Below, piece after piece: positions 50,368-60,439 of a DNA stretch of 64,000 nt. Below the pieces are notes generated by a model, which made no database searches, was not told where the DNA came from, and saw only the letters and a program-made list of their open reading frames with translations. The stretch's first letter is position 1. Every line of letters starts with the position of its first letter. The position numbers and the translations under genes were made by a program. Source of the DNA: Candidatus Methanomethylophilaceae archaeon (GTDB lineage Archaea; Thermoplasmatota; Thermoplasmata; Methanomassiliicoccales; Methanomethylophilaceae); the NCBI GenBank assembly GCA_963640855.1, contig CAVIAJ010000004.1, forward strand, positions 44,307 through 108,306, written 5' to 3'.

Positions 50368-51265
50368 CGCCGTTCTTGGTTATTTCGTAGATGTCCTGAT
50401 CTTTGGGGACAAATGTTCTTTCGAAGATTGTTTTCGCTTCCGTTTCGGCTTCCGAACCGTCGCCGTAACGGTTGCTGATGTGAACAATCATCAGATTGCG
50501 GATTTTTTCTTTCACTGCCATTTCCGCAACGCCTTTTACGGTTGAATGGAAATGGGCTTCGGCCAATTCGGAGTCTGCGTCGAGATATGTTCCCTCGTGA
50601 ATCAGAACATCGACGCCTTTTACGGCTTCTCTGATTGAATCGCATAAAAGCGTGTCTCCGGGATATGCCATTGACAAACCCGGTCTGGTACTTCCGATTA
50701 TCATGTCGGGCGTGATACCTCTGACGGTTTCCCCTCTCTGAATTGCGGCGAAATCGGGACCGCGTTTCAGTCCGAGTCTTTCCGCTTTTTCTTTGTTGAA
50801 AGCACCGGGGCGGTCGTCTTCTCTGTATATGTATCCGACTGAAGGGCAGTTGTGTTCCGTTTTGAATGCCGTTACGGAGAATCCTCCGAAACCGATTGTA
50901 TCTCCGGGCACCATTTCTTTGATAATCAGTTCAAACTCCAACTCCCCTTCGCATGCGTCAAGCATTGAGTTTACGGTGAATTCAATACCTTCGGGTCCGA
51001 ATAACGAAACGGGATCTCTCCTTCCGGAAAGACCCATAGTCATCAGCAGACCGGGAAGACCCAGTATATGGTCTCCGTGCATATGGGTAATGAATATCCT
51101 GTCCACTCTCATGAATGAAAATTTGGATATCATCAGCTGACGCTGTGAACCTTCGCCGCAGTCGAAGAGTGAAATCGATCTGCCCTGCTTGACGGCTATG
51201 CAGGGAAGGGATCTGTCCCTTGAAGGGACAGACGCACCTGTTCCTGCGAATAAGATTTCGAACAT
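50336..51265 (-). CDS. rnz: Ribonuclease Z
   Basis: GTG..P, DCGEG, THMHGDH.LG, HEGT, HST. Confidence 0.95.
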   Translation of the reverse strand: MFEILFAGTGASVPSRDRSLPCIAVKQGRSISLFDCGEGSQRQLMISKFSFMRVDRIFITHMHGDHILGLPGLLMTMGLSGRRDPVSLFGPEGIEFTVNSMLDACEGELEFELIIKEMVPGDTIGFGGFSVTAFKTEHNCPSVGYIYREDDRPGAFNKEKAERLGLKRGPDFAAIQRGETVRGITPDMIIGSTRPGLSMAYPGDTLLCDSIREAVKGVDVLIHEGTYLDADSELAEAHFHSTVKGVAEMAVKEKIRNLMIVHISNRYGDGSEAETEAKTIFERTFVPKDQDIYEITKNGVRLVSEDPHS

Positions 51266-51268
51266 GAA

Positions 51269-51469
51269 TCATCCCAAATAATCGGGGATGTCGTCTTTTG
51301 TTTCCTTCTTGAGGATCTTGTAGTGCTCTTTGCAGAGGTGAATGCTTTTCGCATCGGGATTTTTGAGGCTGAGCGAGGTCTCGCTGACCTTCTTGATGTT
51401 GATGGATCTCTCTGCGGTCTTCTCACATCCTTCTACGTCGCAGATGTCCGTCTTGGTTACATGTGACAT
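51269..51469 (-). CDS. Small zinc-finger hypothetical protein
   Basis: CDVEGC...LCKEHYK. Confidence 0.7.
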   Translation of the reverse strand: MSHVTKTDICDVEGCEKTAERSINIKKVSETSLSLKNPDAKSIHLCKEHYKILKKETKDDIPDYLG

Positions 51470-51703
51470 ATTCCGATTATCACACATCGATGATATTAAT
51501 TTAGGGACATTTTTGACGTGAATTCGGTATGTTCTCTCTGTGTACAGGAGAAAGAACTTTGAATTCCGGAGATTGTTTTGTATCGGTTTAATAATAAATA
51601 TCTGGCACAGGAATGCTTTCGGAGATTTTTATTCAGGAACATTATATCTTAACCGTCCGACTTTTCAAAAGCAATAATATATCCGTCCCCCTATCTGCGG
51701 TAT

Positions 51704-52351
51704 ATGGTCAAAGTATCCCCGTCCATGCTCTCGGCAGATTTCTCCAGATTCGGTGAAGAAGTGGAAAAAGTCGATAAAGCGGGTGGGGATTGGATACACC
51801 TCGATGTGATGGACGGGATGTTCGTTCCCAACATTACAATCGGAGCGCCTATTGTCAAAGCCGTAAGGAAGAACTCGAAACTTCCTTTCGATGTCCACCT
51901 GATGATTCAGGATCCTATACGTTACGTAGATGATTTCGTGAAAGCGGGTGCCGATTATCTTACGGTGCACACCGAAGCGGAAGGAGACATTATGGGTGCT
52001 GTCGGTAAAATACGCGATTCCGGAGTGAAACCCGGAATATCCCTCAACCCGGGAACACCCGTCGAAGATATCGTGAAATATCTTGACAAAGTGGATTTGG
52101 TATTGGTTATGACGGTACAGCCGGGCTTCGGAGGACAGACATTCCGTGAAAACGGCATTCCGAAGATAGAATTTCTGAGCAGTTATGCGAAAGAAAACGG
52201 TCTTCACTACGATATTTCCGTAGACGGAGGAATCAACCGCGAAACGGGAAAGAGATGTGCGGATGCGGGTGCAACCGTACTTGCGGCAGGTTCGTATCTT
52301 TTCAAAAAGAAGGATATGTCCGAAGAAATCGCACTTTGGCATACTTTCTGA
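51704..52351 (+). CDS. rpe: Ribulose-phosphate 3-epimerase
   Basis: HLDVMDG.FVPN, DVHLM, PGFGGQ, VDGG. Confidence 0.97.
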   Translation: MVKVSPSMLSADFSRFGEEVEKVDKAGGDWIHLDVMDGMFVPNITIGAPIVKAVRKNSKLPFDVHLMIQDPIRYVDDFVKAGADYLTVHTEAEGDIMGAVGKIRDSGVKPGISLNPGTPVEDIVKYLDKVDLVLVMTVQPGFGGQTFRENGIPKIEFLSSYAKENGLHYDISVDGGINRETGKRCADAGATVLAAGSYLFKKKDMSEEIALWHTF

Positions 52352-52360
52352 GGTGTGAGG

Positions 52361-53389
52361 ATGGGTGTAAATCTCTCAGGCCTCACCGAACCGGTGCAGA
52401 TTGAATTGAGTGAACTCAGCGGCAAGCGTATTGCGATCGATGCCTACAACACAATCTACCAATTCTTATCGATTATAAGGCAACCGGACGGATATCCGTT
52501 GGAAGACAGAAAAGGGAGAGTCACTTCGCATCTTTCCGGATTGTTATACAGAACCGCGAATCTCATCGAAGCGGGAATAGAACCTTCGTTTATTTTCGAC
52601 GGAAAACCGAACGAACTCAAGGCGGGAACTCTTTCGGAACGCAGAGAGAGAAGAGAAAAAGCCGAGAAAGAATGGGAAGAAGCCGTCAGGGAAGGAGATA
52701 CCAAGAAAGCATTCTCCAAAGCGCAGCAGACATCGAGGATGACTCCAGAAATTTTGGAATCGTCGAAAGAACTCCTCGGATATCTCGGGTTGCCTGTAGT
52801 GCTCGCATACAGCGACGGAGAGGCACAGGGAGCGTATATGTGTGCGAAAGGCGATGTTTATGCATCCGCATCGCAGGATTTCGACTCGTTATTGTTCGGT
52901 GCGCCTACTCTCGTGAGAAATATGACAATCACGGGAAGAAGAAAGGTTCCCGGGAAGGATATTTACAGAGATGTCAGGACCGAGATAATCGACTCACAGG
53001 ATTTTCTCGCTGCGTTGGATATCAGCAGAGAACAGTTGGTCGACGTATGTATCTTAATGGGCACGGATTTCAACAGCGGAATCTCGGGAATCGGTCCGAA
53101 GAAAGGTCTCAGATTAATCAGAGATTACGGGGACATCGAAGGCGCCCTGGAACATTTGGGAAAAGAGATTCCCGAATACCAACAGGTAAGGGACATCTTC
53201 CTGAAAGGAACATACTCGGACAGTTACGATCTGTCTCCTGGGGAAATCGATAGAGAAGCCGTGATTGAATTCCTTACAGACCACGACTTCTCGAAGGAAC
53301 GTGTATCGTCCGCACTGAACAAGATCGAGAGTGCCAGGAAGGCCAATAAGGCCAAGAGGCAGCAGAAATCTCTCGATGCATGGTTTTAA
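52361..53389 (+). CDS. fen: Flap endonuclease-1
   Basis: IDAYN..YQF, GEAQ, SQDFD, GTDF, C-terminal PIP box QKSLDAWF. Confidence 0.97.
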   Translation: MGVNLSGLTEPVQIELSELSGKRIAIDAYNTIYQFLSIIRQPDGYPLEDRKGRVTSHLSGLLYRTANLIEAGIEPSFIFDGKPNELKAGTLSERRERREKAEKEWEEAVREGDTKKAFSKAQQTSRMTPEILESSKELLGYLGLPVVLAYSDGEAQGAYMCAKGDVYASASQDFDSLLFGAPTLVRNMTITGRRKVPGKDIYRDVRTEIIDSQDFLAALDISREQLVDVCILMGTDFNSGISGIGPKKGLRLIRDYGDIEGALEHLGKEIPEYQQVRDIFLKGTYSDSYDLSPGEIDREAVIEFLTDHDFSKERVSSALNKIESARKANKAKRQQKSLDAWF

Positions 53390-54162
53390 GCGGATTTCAT
53401 CAGTCCGTCGACCATTTCGGGCGTAAGATCTACAAGATACAGTTCTTTCATCTCTTCGGGTGTTACCAATCTGTACCCGGTGTTTTCGGAATTGAGCACA
53501 GGCGTCTTTCCCGATGCATCGAACATAAACGGATAAACTTCCCAAATGATGTTTCCTTCTCTGACGTATACAGGCTTGAGAGAAGCCTTCGGTTCGCCGA
53601 CATCAATTCCCGTTTCCTCTTTGATTTCTCTTTTTGCCGTGGTAAGAATATCTTCGCCGTCTTCTTTCTTACCCGAAACAAGAGACCAACGTCCGGGGTA
53701 CGATCTTGAAGTATCGGGGCGGTGAAGCATCAGAATCTTTCCGTCAATGAGAACGACGGAAGATGCGGTTGTTTTTACGGTTACGTCATAAAGTTCCACT
53801 GTTCCCGAGTCTGCATCGATTGTTACTCTGTCTCCGTCGGAGATGAGAGTAACATCTATGCCGTCGACCATCGGAATCGATGAGATTACGGCGCCTGTCG
53901 CGACGATTGTTTCTGCGGATTGATTGATTACGGCTGCGGGCGCTTTGCCGTGGGCTTTGAGATCGTACATCACGAAAGATCCTACGGTACTTCCCTTTCC
54001 TCTCGGGAAGACGACAATCTTTCCTGCGAGATTTCCTCCGCGGCCTACTTTTACTTCGCCCGTGGAAGCTTCCACTCCGCCGAGGAAACTCAGCGGTTCG
54101 TCGATTTTGAGAACAATACCTTCCGCTTTTCCTTTGCAGATCGAACGTCCTCTGAAAATCAT
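53386..54162 (-). CDS. Aconitase X swivel subunit (DUF126, phosphomevalonate dehydratase small subunit) fused to Nudix hydrolase
   Basis: SFLGGV, KGSTVG, then SGK.E.....TA.REI.EETG Nudix box. Confidence 0.85.
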   Translation of the reverse strand: MIFRGRSICKGKAEGIVLKIDEPLSFLGGVEASTGEVKVGRGGNLAGKIVVFPRGKGSTVGSFVMYDLKAHGKAPAAVINQSAETIVATGAVISSIPMVDGIDVTLISDGDRVTIDADSGTVELYDVTVKTTASSVVLIDGKILMLHRPDTSRSYPGRWSLVSGKKEDGEDILTTAKREIKEETGIDVGEPKASLKPVYVREGNIIWEVYPFMFDASGKTPVLNSENTGYRLVTPEEMKELYLVDLTPEMVDGLMKSA

Positions 54163-55334
54163 TCTATCACCTTCAGCAACTGTGCGATATCTTCGCACAT
54201 AACCTTCTGAGAACATAATGTGGGAAGGTAATTACCTGCTTTGCATGAGTTTGTACCTGTCCTGGAGAATGTTCCTTCGATAGGTGAAACGACCATACAT
54301 GTATCTGCGAGAACAGGACCGAATTCTTCCATGATTTTTACGTCTTCGGGGCACCTGGCTCTTACCGCTTCCGATGTGCAAAACCATATCTCCACGTCGG
54401 ATCTTTTCTTCTTTTTGCCCTTAAGTAAAGATGCAATTTCATGCATTTCCTTCTCGGTAAGATGGGGACATCCTATTGCAATCAGCTGAATATCATCGGT
54501 TGTGTTCATCTTTTCGTAAGCGTCTCTGAGTTCTTTCTCTCCGATATGAATCACTTCCAAATCGGATACGTCGAAATCTTTTGCTTCCGGTGTTACACGT
54601 TCGACGTGGAACATTGCAACAGCTCCCGCGGCTGCCATGGCAGCCGCCATGGTCTTACCTTCTTCCATTCCGGGTTTTATTCCTCTGTAGTAAGGAATAC
54701 CTCCTCCGATAACGGAACCGACTGCCTGACCTAAGAGAGAATGGGAAAACAGCGTATTGGGAATGTCTGCATCGATAACAACGGTGGGTGCTCTGTTTTC
54801 TTTGATATGTAATCCATAACATGCCGTTTTTCCTAAGATTGCGGCTGCAAGTGCACCGGGGCCTCCTTCTCTGTTTGTCCTCGCTCCTATGAACGAATTG
54901 ACATAAGATAAAGCGGAAGATTCCGCCCATGCGACATGATCTCCGAGTTTGGGAACGTTAACTCCGTCATAAGGAGTGCAGGAACAGGTTGTTTTGATGC
55001 CCATCGCACCGTATAAATCGATAATGCGCTGCTGTTTTTCGGCAAATGCTTCGGGAATGTGCATTTCCTTCCATCTTTTTCTGTCCATTCCGACAGGATT
55101 CAACGTAGAAGGAACTCTGACCTTCGCACCGCCTTTTACCATATCTTCGAGATAAAGCAGTCCTCCGTCACCGATAGTCTTGTAAGACGCACCAGAAAGA
55201 TGTGCGGACGTAATGTCAACAAGGCCGTCTGCGCCGTATATCTTCCCAAGTGCCACGATCAGTTCCATGGCCTTCTGGGCACCCTCTCCGTTTTCACCGT
55301 CGAGGATTGCCTGCTCCTCTCTCGTAAGATCCAT
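54159..55334 (-). CDS. Aconitase X catalytic subunit (phosphomevalonate dehydratase large subunit)
   Basis: H.SG.SY, TLNP, SCTPY, ESSA, GCPH, DTC.VV. Confidence 0.9.
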   Translation of the reverse strand: MDLTREEQAILDGENGEGAQKAMELIVALGKIYGADGLVDITSAHLSGASYKTIGDGGLLYLEDMVKGGAKVRVPSTLNPVGMDRKRWKEMHIPEAFAEKQQRIIDLYGAMGIKTTCSCTPYDGVNVPKLGDHVAWAESSALSYVNSFIGARTNREGGPGALAAAILGKTACYGLHIKENRAPTVVIDADIPNTLFSHSLLGQAVGSVIGGGIPYYRGIKPGMEEGKTMAAAMAAAGAVAMFHVERVTPEAKDFDVSDLEVIHIGEKELRDAYEKMNTTDDIQLIAIGCPHLTEKEMHEIASLLKGKKKKRSDVEIWFCTSEAVRARCPEDVKIMEEFGPVLADTCMVVSPIEGTFSRTGTNSCKAGNYLPTLCSQKVMCEDIAQLLKVIE

Positions 55335-55372
55335 ACTGCCGCGAACATCTTACTGATAAATAGCGTTAATGT

Positions 55373-55885
55373 TCAGCGTCTGCCGTTGTGAATGTCTTCG
55401 TAGGCTTCTACGGTGTTACGCATCTCGTCTGCGGTGAGTTTTCCGAGGACATACATGGAATCGAAAGGTGCATCGTCTGAAATGAGTGTTATTCCGGGAT
55501 TGATACATCCGTTCCTTTCATAGAAATCCTGACGCCTGACTCTCATTTCGTAATCTTCCGCATCTCTGTCTTTGGGTTCCACGACAAGAAACACTCTGCT
55601 GTCGGAATGTGCTTCTCTTATGCAGTTGATTAATTTGGATCCGTATCCTTTGCAGCGTACTTCCGGTATTGTCGCCATATAGACCCAAAAAGTACATCCG
55701 TTCTGCGTGAAACTGAACGTAAATCCTATAAATTTACCGTCGTCACGGTATTCCGTGAGTCTTCCGCCTCTTCCGAACGTTCTTCTGATGTTTTCTTCAG
55801 GTACCTTCTCTATCTCCGAAAACGATGAAGAATACAATTCGGAGATTTCCGGCGTGAATTCGTTAACGACGTTGGAAGTCAGCAT
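55373..55885 (-). CDS. GNAT acetyltransferase
   Basis: R.KGYGS, RR..FYERNG. Confidence 0.8.
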   Translation of the reverse strand: MLTSNVVNEFTPEISELYSSSFSEIEKVPEENIRRTFGRGGRLTEYRDDGKFIGFTFSFTQNGCTFWVYMATIPEVRCKGYGSKLINCIREAHSDSRVFLVVEPKDRDAEDYEMRVRRQDFYERNGCINPGITLISDDAPFDSMYVLGKLTADEMRNTVEAYEDIHNGRR

Positions 55886-55981
55886 ACCGGAGAGTATGTC
55901 CGGTAAGTAGATAAGAACATATCATCGTGAGAATCTGTGTACGGGGGATTTCTCCCCCGTACGGTTAAAGATATTGCACAT

Positions 55982-56134
55982 TCACTGGTCGGTCCATTCG
56001 ATGTTCCTGAGACAGAACGGGAGTTTGTTTTTCTTCTCCCTGTGGAATGCGACGCAGTCGCGGCACTTCCCGTGTCTGGGGCAGTCCGCTTTGGGGCATG
56101 TGCATGATTCCTCTATGCCGTTGTATCCGCACAT
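55982..56134 (-). CDS. Small Cys-rich protein (50 aa)
   Basis: CTCP..DCPRHGKC..CV..H....LP.C; not in ORF track. Confidence 0.75.
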   Translation of the reverse strand: MCGYNGIEESCTCPKADCPRHGKCRDCVAFHREKKNKLPFCLRNIEWTDQ

Positions 56135-56167
56135 AGTTTCTGATATTGCGGACTGACGGTTTAATGC

Positions 56168-56689
56168 TTACAGTTCGATGACGATGTCATTCAGAGATTT
56201 TCTCTTTGAATGCATCGGACCGGGCTGTGCATCGTCCGCAGGATAACCTATCGGAAGGAGATGTTTGATTTCTGTGCCTTCGGGTATACCGAATTCCTTT
56301 GCGATTTCTTTGGGTTCGAAATAACCGACCCAACAGGAACCGAGACCCAGAGCCTGTGCCTGAAGCATCATGTGATCTATTACTATCGATGTATCGGTGT
56401 ATGAGTAATCCTTTCCGCTGAAGGGACTCGTACAGCATTCTCCGAATACCGCACCGACCAAAAGAACGAGAGGAGCGTCGAATGTCATCTCCGTGATCTT
56501 TCTGATACGTGCGAGAGCATCCCTGCTTTTGAGAACATATATTCTGAACGGCTGGGTGTTTTTTGCAGTGGGTGCAACCCTTGCGGCTTCGAGAATCATC
56601 TTTATTTTTTCATCCTCGACTGGGCTGTCGCTGTATTTTCTGACGGAATATCTCTGTCTGATTAATTCCGAAAAATCGATTCCGCACAT
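56168..56689 (-). CDS. Nitroreductase family protein
   Basis: RYSVRKY, APTA.N.QP, LGLGSCWVG. Confidence 0.95.
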   Translation of the reverse strand: MCGIDFSELIRQRYSVRKYSDSPVEDEKIKMILEAARVAPTAKNTQPFRIYVLKSRDALARIRKITEMTFDAPLVLLVGAVFGECCTSPFSGKDYSYTDTSIVIDHMMLQAQALGLGSCWVGYFEPKEIAKEFGIPEGTEIKHLLPIGYPADDAQPGPMHSKRKSLNDIVIEL

Positions 56690-56896
56690 AGTCTGTGTAA
56701 ATGCAATTCAATGTAATAATTTCTGCCTTCATAGGAAGGTATTATATCATAGTTCTTACGATACCTATGGAAACACAAAGGAATATCGGATTTTTATTTA
56801 TAATAAAAATACGGAGTCGGATGAGTTCGTCCCCTTTGTGTCGTCTGAGAATTCGGTTATTTAACGAAACCCAGACAGTCAAACGGAGGTATAAAA

Positions 56897-57064
56897 ATGG
56901 AGGTTACGAAAATCGGCGTATTGATGGTAATAGGCACAATCCTCCTTATCGCTGCGGCAGCTATAGGGTTCAGCGGAGACATCATACTCTGTTCGTTTTT
57001 CTGCATTTTGGCCTTCATCTGCATGCTGTACGCAGAGAACATCAGAACACGCAGGGAAGAGTAA
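56897..57064 (+). CDS. Small two-TM membrane protein (55 aa)
   Basis: GGAGGT RBS; two hydrophobic helices. Confidence 0.6.
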   Translation: MEVTKIGVLMVIGTILLIAAAAIGFSGDIILCSFFCILAFICMLYAENIRTRREE

Positions 57065-57380
57065 TTTTCCCCTGATTGTTTCGGTTTTACTGCGTTATCT
57101 GGGTGTATCTGTTATTTCTCCGCAGGATATTATCTTCATAGGTAAGATGACGGTGCTGTATCATATGACGGCCGGATTGTGAATTGTCGGAATAGTTCCG
57201 TCGGCCGATATGAAAAACTCAGGCGCAGGCGTTTGAATGTGCTCTGCGATACATGTGTCGAATGCGGAAATACTGAAAGTATCCGCGCAGAAAATCCCGC
57301 AATTCTGAAATAATTTCGGTCAGCATCTGTGATTTGTCAAGCATACTGTGTTCGGGATAATCCCGAACACATCCCGATAT

Positions 57381-58115
57381 TCAGTCAAGTTTACTGTATT
57401 CCCCATCGGAAACGGGTTCGCACCATTCGTTATCGGTTTCTTCTCCGGGACATTCCAATGCAATGTGCGAGAACCAACTGTCTTTCGCCGCTCCGTGCCA
57501 ATGCTTTACATTCGCAGGAATAGTTACAACATCTCCGGGATGAAGTTCACGAGGTTCTTTTCCCTCTTCTGCGTACCATCCGCGACCGTCGGTACACAGT
57601 AAAATCTGCCCTCCGCCCGATTTTGCGTGATGAATGTGCCAATTATTACGGCATCCCGGTTCGAAGGTGACGTTTGCCATGAAAACGGTTTTCTTAGGAT
57701 CCGTGAGAGGTTTCAGATAGGAATTTCCTGTGAAGTATTTTGCATAGGCAGTATTCGGTTCTCCGAGACCGAACATACCTCCGCATTTTCCGTCACCGTC
57801 GGAATAGACTTCGACGGCTTTCCTGAAAGCTGCCCATGCATTCGGCCATCCGGCGTAGAATGCGACATGTGTCAGAATGCCTGCCATTTCATCCTTTGTG
57901 ACACCGTTTTCCTTTGCGGAACGGAGATGATATTCGAAAGAAGAATCAATCATTCCTTTTGCGACGAGTGTCGTAACCGTCAGCATAGAACGGATTTTCG
58001 GATTCAGAATATCGTCCGACCACACCTCTCCGAATAACACGTCATCATTGATTTCCGCGAATTTCGGTGCGAAATCACCTAATGCTTCTCTTCCTGCCGT
58101 CTGTTTGATCTTCAT
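57381..58115 (-). CDS. Carboxymuconolactone decarboxylase domain fused to cupin
   Basis: DVLFGEVW, AFYAGWPNA; FEPGCRNNWH.H, HWHGA. Confidence 0.9.
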   Translation of the reverse strand: MKIKQTAGREALGDFAPKFAEINDDVLFGEVWSDDILNPKIRSMLTVTTLVAKGMIDSSFEYHLRSAKENGVTKDEMAGILTHVAFYAGWPNAWAAFRKAVEVYSDGDGKCGGMFGLGEPNTAYAKYFTGNSYLKPLTDPKKTVFMANVTFEPGCRNNWHIHHAKSGGGQILLCTDGRGWYAEEGKEPRELHPGDVVTIPANVKHWHGAAKDSWFSHIALECPGEETDNEWCEPVSDGEYSKLD

Positions 58116-58214
58116 ACAGATGCCTCGTTTGATGATGATTACGTTGATTCTTCGGGTTTTATAAATTTTTTAACCACTGGGACAAAGTGAGAACGAACAG
58201 GGTTGTAGAAAGAG

Positions 58215-58296
58215 CTATGGTAAAACTATGATAAAACTAGGGTAAAACTAGGTAAAACTAGGTAAAACTAGGGTAAAACTAGGGTAAAACTAGGGG
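58215..58296. repeat. Tandem 10-11 bp repeat (cta(g)ggtaaaa) x7
   Basis: Directly visible. Confidence 0.9.
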
Positions 58297-58362
58297 CGTA
58301 AATACAATTGAAATAATGATGATTTATCTAAATCAACTGCGATATGACAAAAACATCCGTTT

Positions 58363-58439
58363 TGGCGGACCTGCCGGGATTCGAACCCGGGTCTAGAGCT
58401 CCGGAGGCTCCGATGCTATCCAGGCTATACTACAGGTCC
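58363..58439 (-). tRNA. tRNA-Arg(CCG)
   Basis: GGACCUG/CAGGUCC acceptor stem, loop CUCCGGA, UUCGAAU, encoded CCA. Confidence 0.97.
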
Positions 58440-58557
58440 GTTGATAAATAAGAAGAACAGAAGGAGTTGAGAAGGTAATGGGTTTAGCCCGTCGATGAAC
58501 CGGGCGATCCTGAGTCTCCGCTTGAGAGGGAGGAGACCGAATGAAGATTTTCCTTCC

Positions 58558-58734
58558 TTACTCTTTCTTCGTGAACTCAGTGTATCCGCATTTTCCGCAG
58601 GATACACGGTCACCGTGTGTTGCCATGAACACACCGGGTCCGCACTTGGGGCAGACGGGTTTTGTCCTCGCTCCGTCCTTGTATGCGTCTCCCTTCTTAA
58701 CTGAACCTTTCTTGGGTGCTGCTTTCGCTGCCAT
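58558..58734 (-). CDS. rps27ae: 30S ribosomal protein S27ae
   Basis: [22 protein letters not shown]; not in ORF track. Confidence 0.95.
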   Translation of the reverse strand: MAAKAAPKKGSVKKGDAYKDGARTKPVCPKCGPGVFMATHGDRVSCGKCGYTEFTKKE

Positions 58735-58739
58735 TTAAA

Positions 58740-59060
58740 TCACTGTCCCTCTTCGGCCTCGGGTGCCTTGTATGCGGGCTTCTGGATGCCGTTCCTCTTG
58801 AGGATGTATTCGGGCTCGATTGCCTGTGCGTCCTCTTTCGTTGCGTATACTTTTGCGTAGCCCTTGGAGAGTCCGCTGCCGTAGACGCTGTCGATGTTGT
58901 TGAGAACGACTGTGTCTCTCTTTGCATCCAGTTTCTTTGCGAGCTCATCCACAACTGCTCCTTTGCTGGGTGTGGATTCGCCCTTGTGGTCGATTGTGAA
59001 ACGAACCTCTGTCCTCTTAAGGAGAAGGTTCTTTTTCTTTTCGTTGATTTCCATCTTCAT
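58740..59060 (-). CDS. rps24e: 30S ribosomal protein S24e
   Basis: NLLLKR.E, TPS, GYAKVY, YIL.RN. Confidence 0.95.
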   Translation of the reverse strand: MKMEINEKKKNLLLKRTEVRFTIDHKGESTPSKGAVVDELAKKLDAKRDTVVLNNIDSVYGSGLSKGYAKVYATKEDAQAIEPEYILKRNGIQKPAYKAPEAEEGQ

Positions 59061-59557
59061 TCGAAGTCCTCCATCATATCCCAAAGCTGTTTTACTTTGG
59101 TGCGGATGTTACTGTCCGTGGTGACACGCATCATCCCTTTGCCCGGCCAACCGTAGATTATCTCGTATCCGTCGGGAGCACAGAGGATACACGGCATCAG
59201 CGCCAGATCCTCTTCCCCTTCGACACGGATTATCCCCGGTCCTCCGGTAATTGCGTTTTTTACGGCATTTTCAAGCTCACGGGTTACCGTACCCGCAGGA
59301 TTGACGACAACCTTCTCTTCCAGCCTGTGACTTTCGACATAGGCGGCGAACCCGGTCATCTCATGTCTCTCCGTATATCCGTCGTAGACGGACAGGAGAG
59401 GCACTATGCCGTTCCTCCTCACTGTCAGCGATACCACATCGCCGACGGTGATCATTTTCTGAGCGTCAATGTGTCTGAGTTCCGCTTCTTCGATATCCGT
59501 GCCTATAGGTTCCTTGAAGGCCTGTATTTTTCCTTCGGGAATCCTGCGGCCGGACAT
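59057..59557 (-). CDS. GTP-dependent dephospho-CoA kinase (DUF359)
   Basis: TVGDVV, NPAG, GEEDL, YG.P..G; conserved operon position. Confidence 0.9.
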   Translation of the reverse strand: MSGRRIPEGKIQAFKEPIGTDIEEAELRHIDAQKMITVGDVVSLTVRRNGIVPLLSVYDGYTERHEMTGFAAYVESHRLEEKVVVNPAGTVTRELENAVKNAITGGPGIIRVEGEEDLALMPCILCAPDGYEIIYGWPGKGMMRVTTDSNIRTKVKQLWDMMEDFE

Positions 59558-59562
59558 TCCGT

Positions 59563-59754
59563 TCAGCGAACCCTGAGGGCGTATTTTCCGTTGGCGGAAA
59601 TGCCCATCTGTCTGGCGATATCGGATTTCTCATAATCGATGATTACGAGGTAACCCTGCCATTCTTTGGAGGTCTGTCCGCCGCAGCGGGGACATTTGTC
59701 GTCTTCCGAGATGAAGCTGCACTGTTTGCATGCTTTGTAGACGGGTCCGACCAT
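59563..59754 (-). CDS. spt4: Transcription elongation factor Spt4 (RpoE2)
   Basis: AC..C....CP.CG...W.G...YAL.VR. Confidence 0.95.
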   Translation of the reverse strand: MVGPVYKACKQCSFISEDDKCPRCGGQTSKEWQGYLVIIDYEKSDIARQMGISANGKYALRVR

Positions 59755-60317
59755 CAGGCCTCAGCCTCCTTCTTCCTTCTGTCTTCCTCGATCCAATCGA
59801 GTCTTCCGAGACCGGGCTGGCGCATGGTGAGTCCGATCTTACTGTCCTGAGGATTCTTCTCGTTCAGGTCGATACTTACGATCCTTGCCCTGACGATATC
59901 TCCGATGTTGAGAGTCCTTCCGGTGTCCTTACCGATAAGTCTCTGGTTTTCCGCATCGATATCCACACGGTCGTCGAGAACCTGACTCACGTGGAGCAGT
60001 CCGTCGAGGGGACCGAATCTTACGAAAGCACCGAATTTGACGATCTCGACGACCTCTCCTTCGATAATTTCGTTCTCTTTGGGTTTGAATACGAGCTGGT
60101 TGAACCTTACGGTCTGATATACCGCACCGTCGCCGTGAACGATACGTCCGGGTCCCAAAGTCTCGACATCCTGAACAAGGACTGTGATTTCCTTGTTGGG
60201 TCCGATCTGTCCCTCGAACGATTCCCATGTGAGGGAGTCTATGACCTTGTCGATGTCCTCGCCCAGATCTGCTGGAGGTATGCGCACTACCCTCTCGGCC
60301 TGTGTTATCATGTACAT
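59754..60317 (-). CDS. rpoE1: RNA polymerase subunit E' (Rpo7)
   Basis: VRIPP, GDGA, FGAFV..GP.DGL.H.SQ, LTMRQPGLG. Confidence 0.97.
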   Translation of the reverse strand: MYMITQAERVVRIPPADLGEDIDKVIDSLTWESFEGQIGPNKEITVLVQDVETLGPGRIVHGDGAVYQTVRFNQLVFKPKENEIIEGEVVEIVKFGAFVRFGPLDGLLHVSQVLDDRVDIDAENQRLIGKDTGRTLNIGDIVRARIVSIDLNEKNPQDSKIGLTMRQPGLGRLDWIEEDRRKKEAEA

Positions 60318-60439
60318 AGGATATCCTCTTGAATAAGTCGGAGATTAAAGCCCTCTTATATAAAAGTGATTACATGCACACGCGTGTCAGTATAATAGAA
60401 TAAAGGAAAGGGGGTTTTTGAGCCCCCTGTTTACTGTTC

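Noticed and set aside
57219..57326. Short minus-strand ORF resembling a group II intron maturase motif (EIISELRDFLRGYFQYFRI)
   Set aside because: Only 35 aa, with no RT domain or intron domain V visible; could be chance.
55373..58439. Second integrated element at tRNA-Arg
   Set aside because: The genes look accessory, but I found no duplicated tRNA 3' end or integrase.
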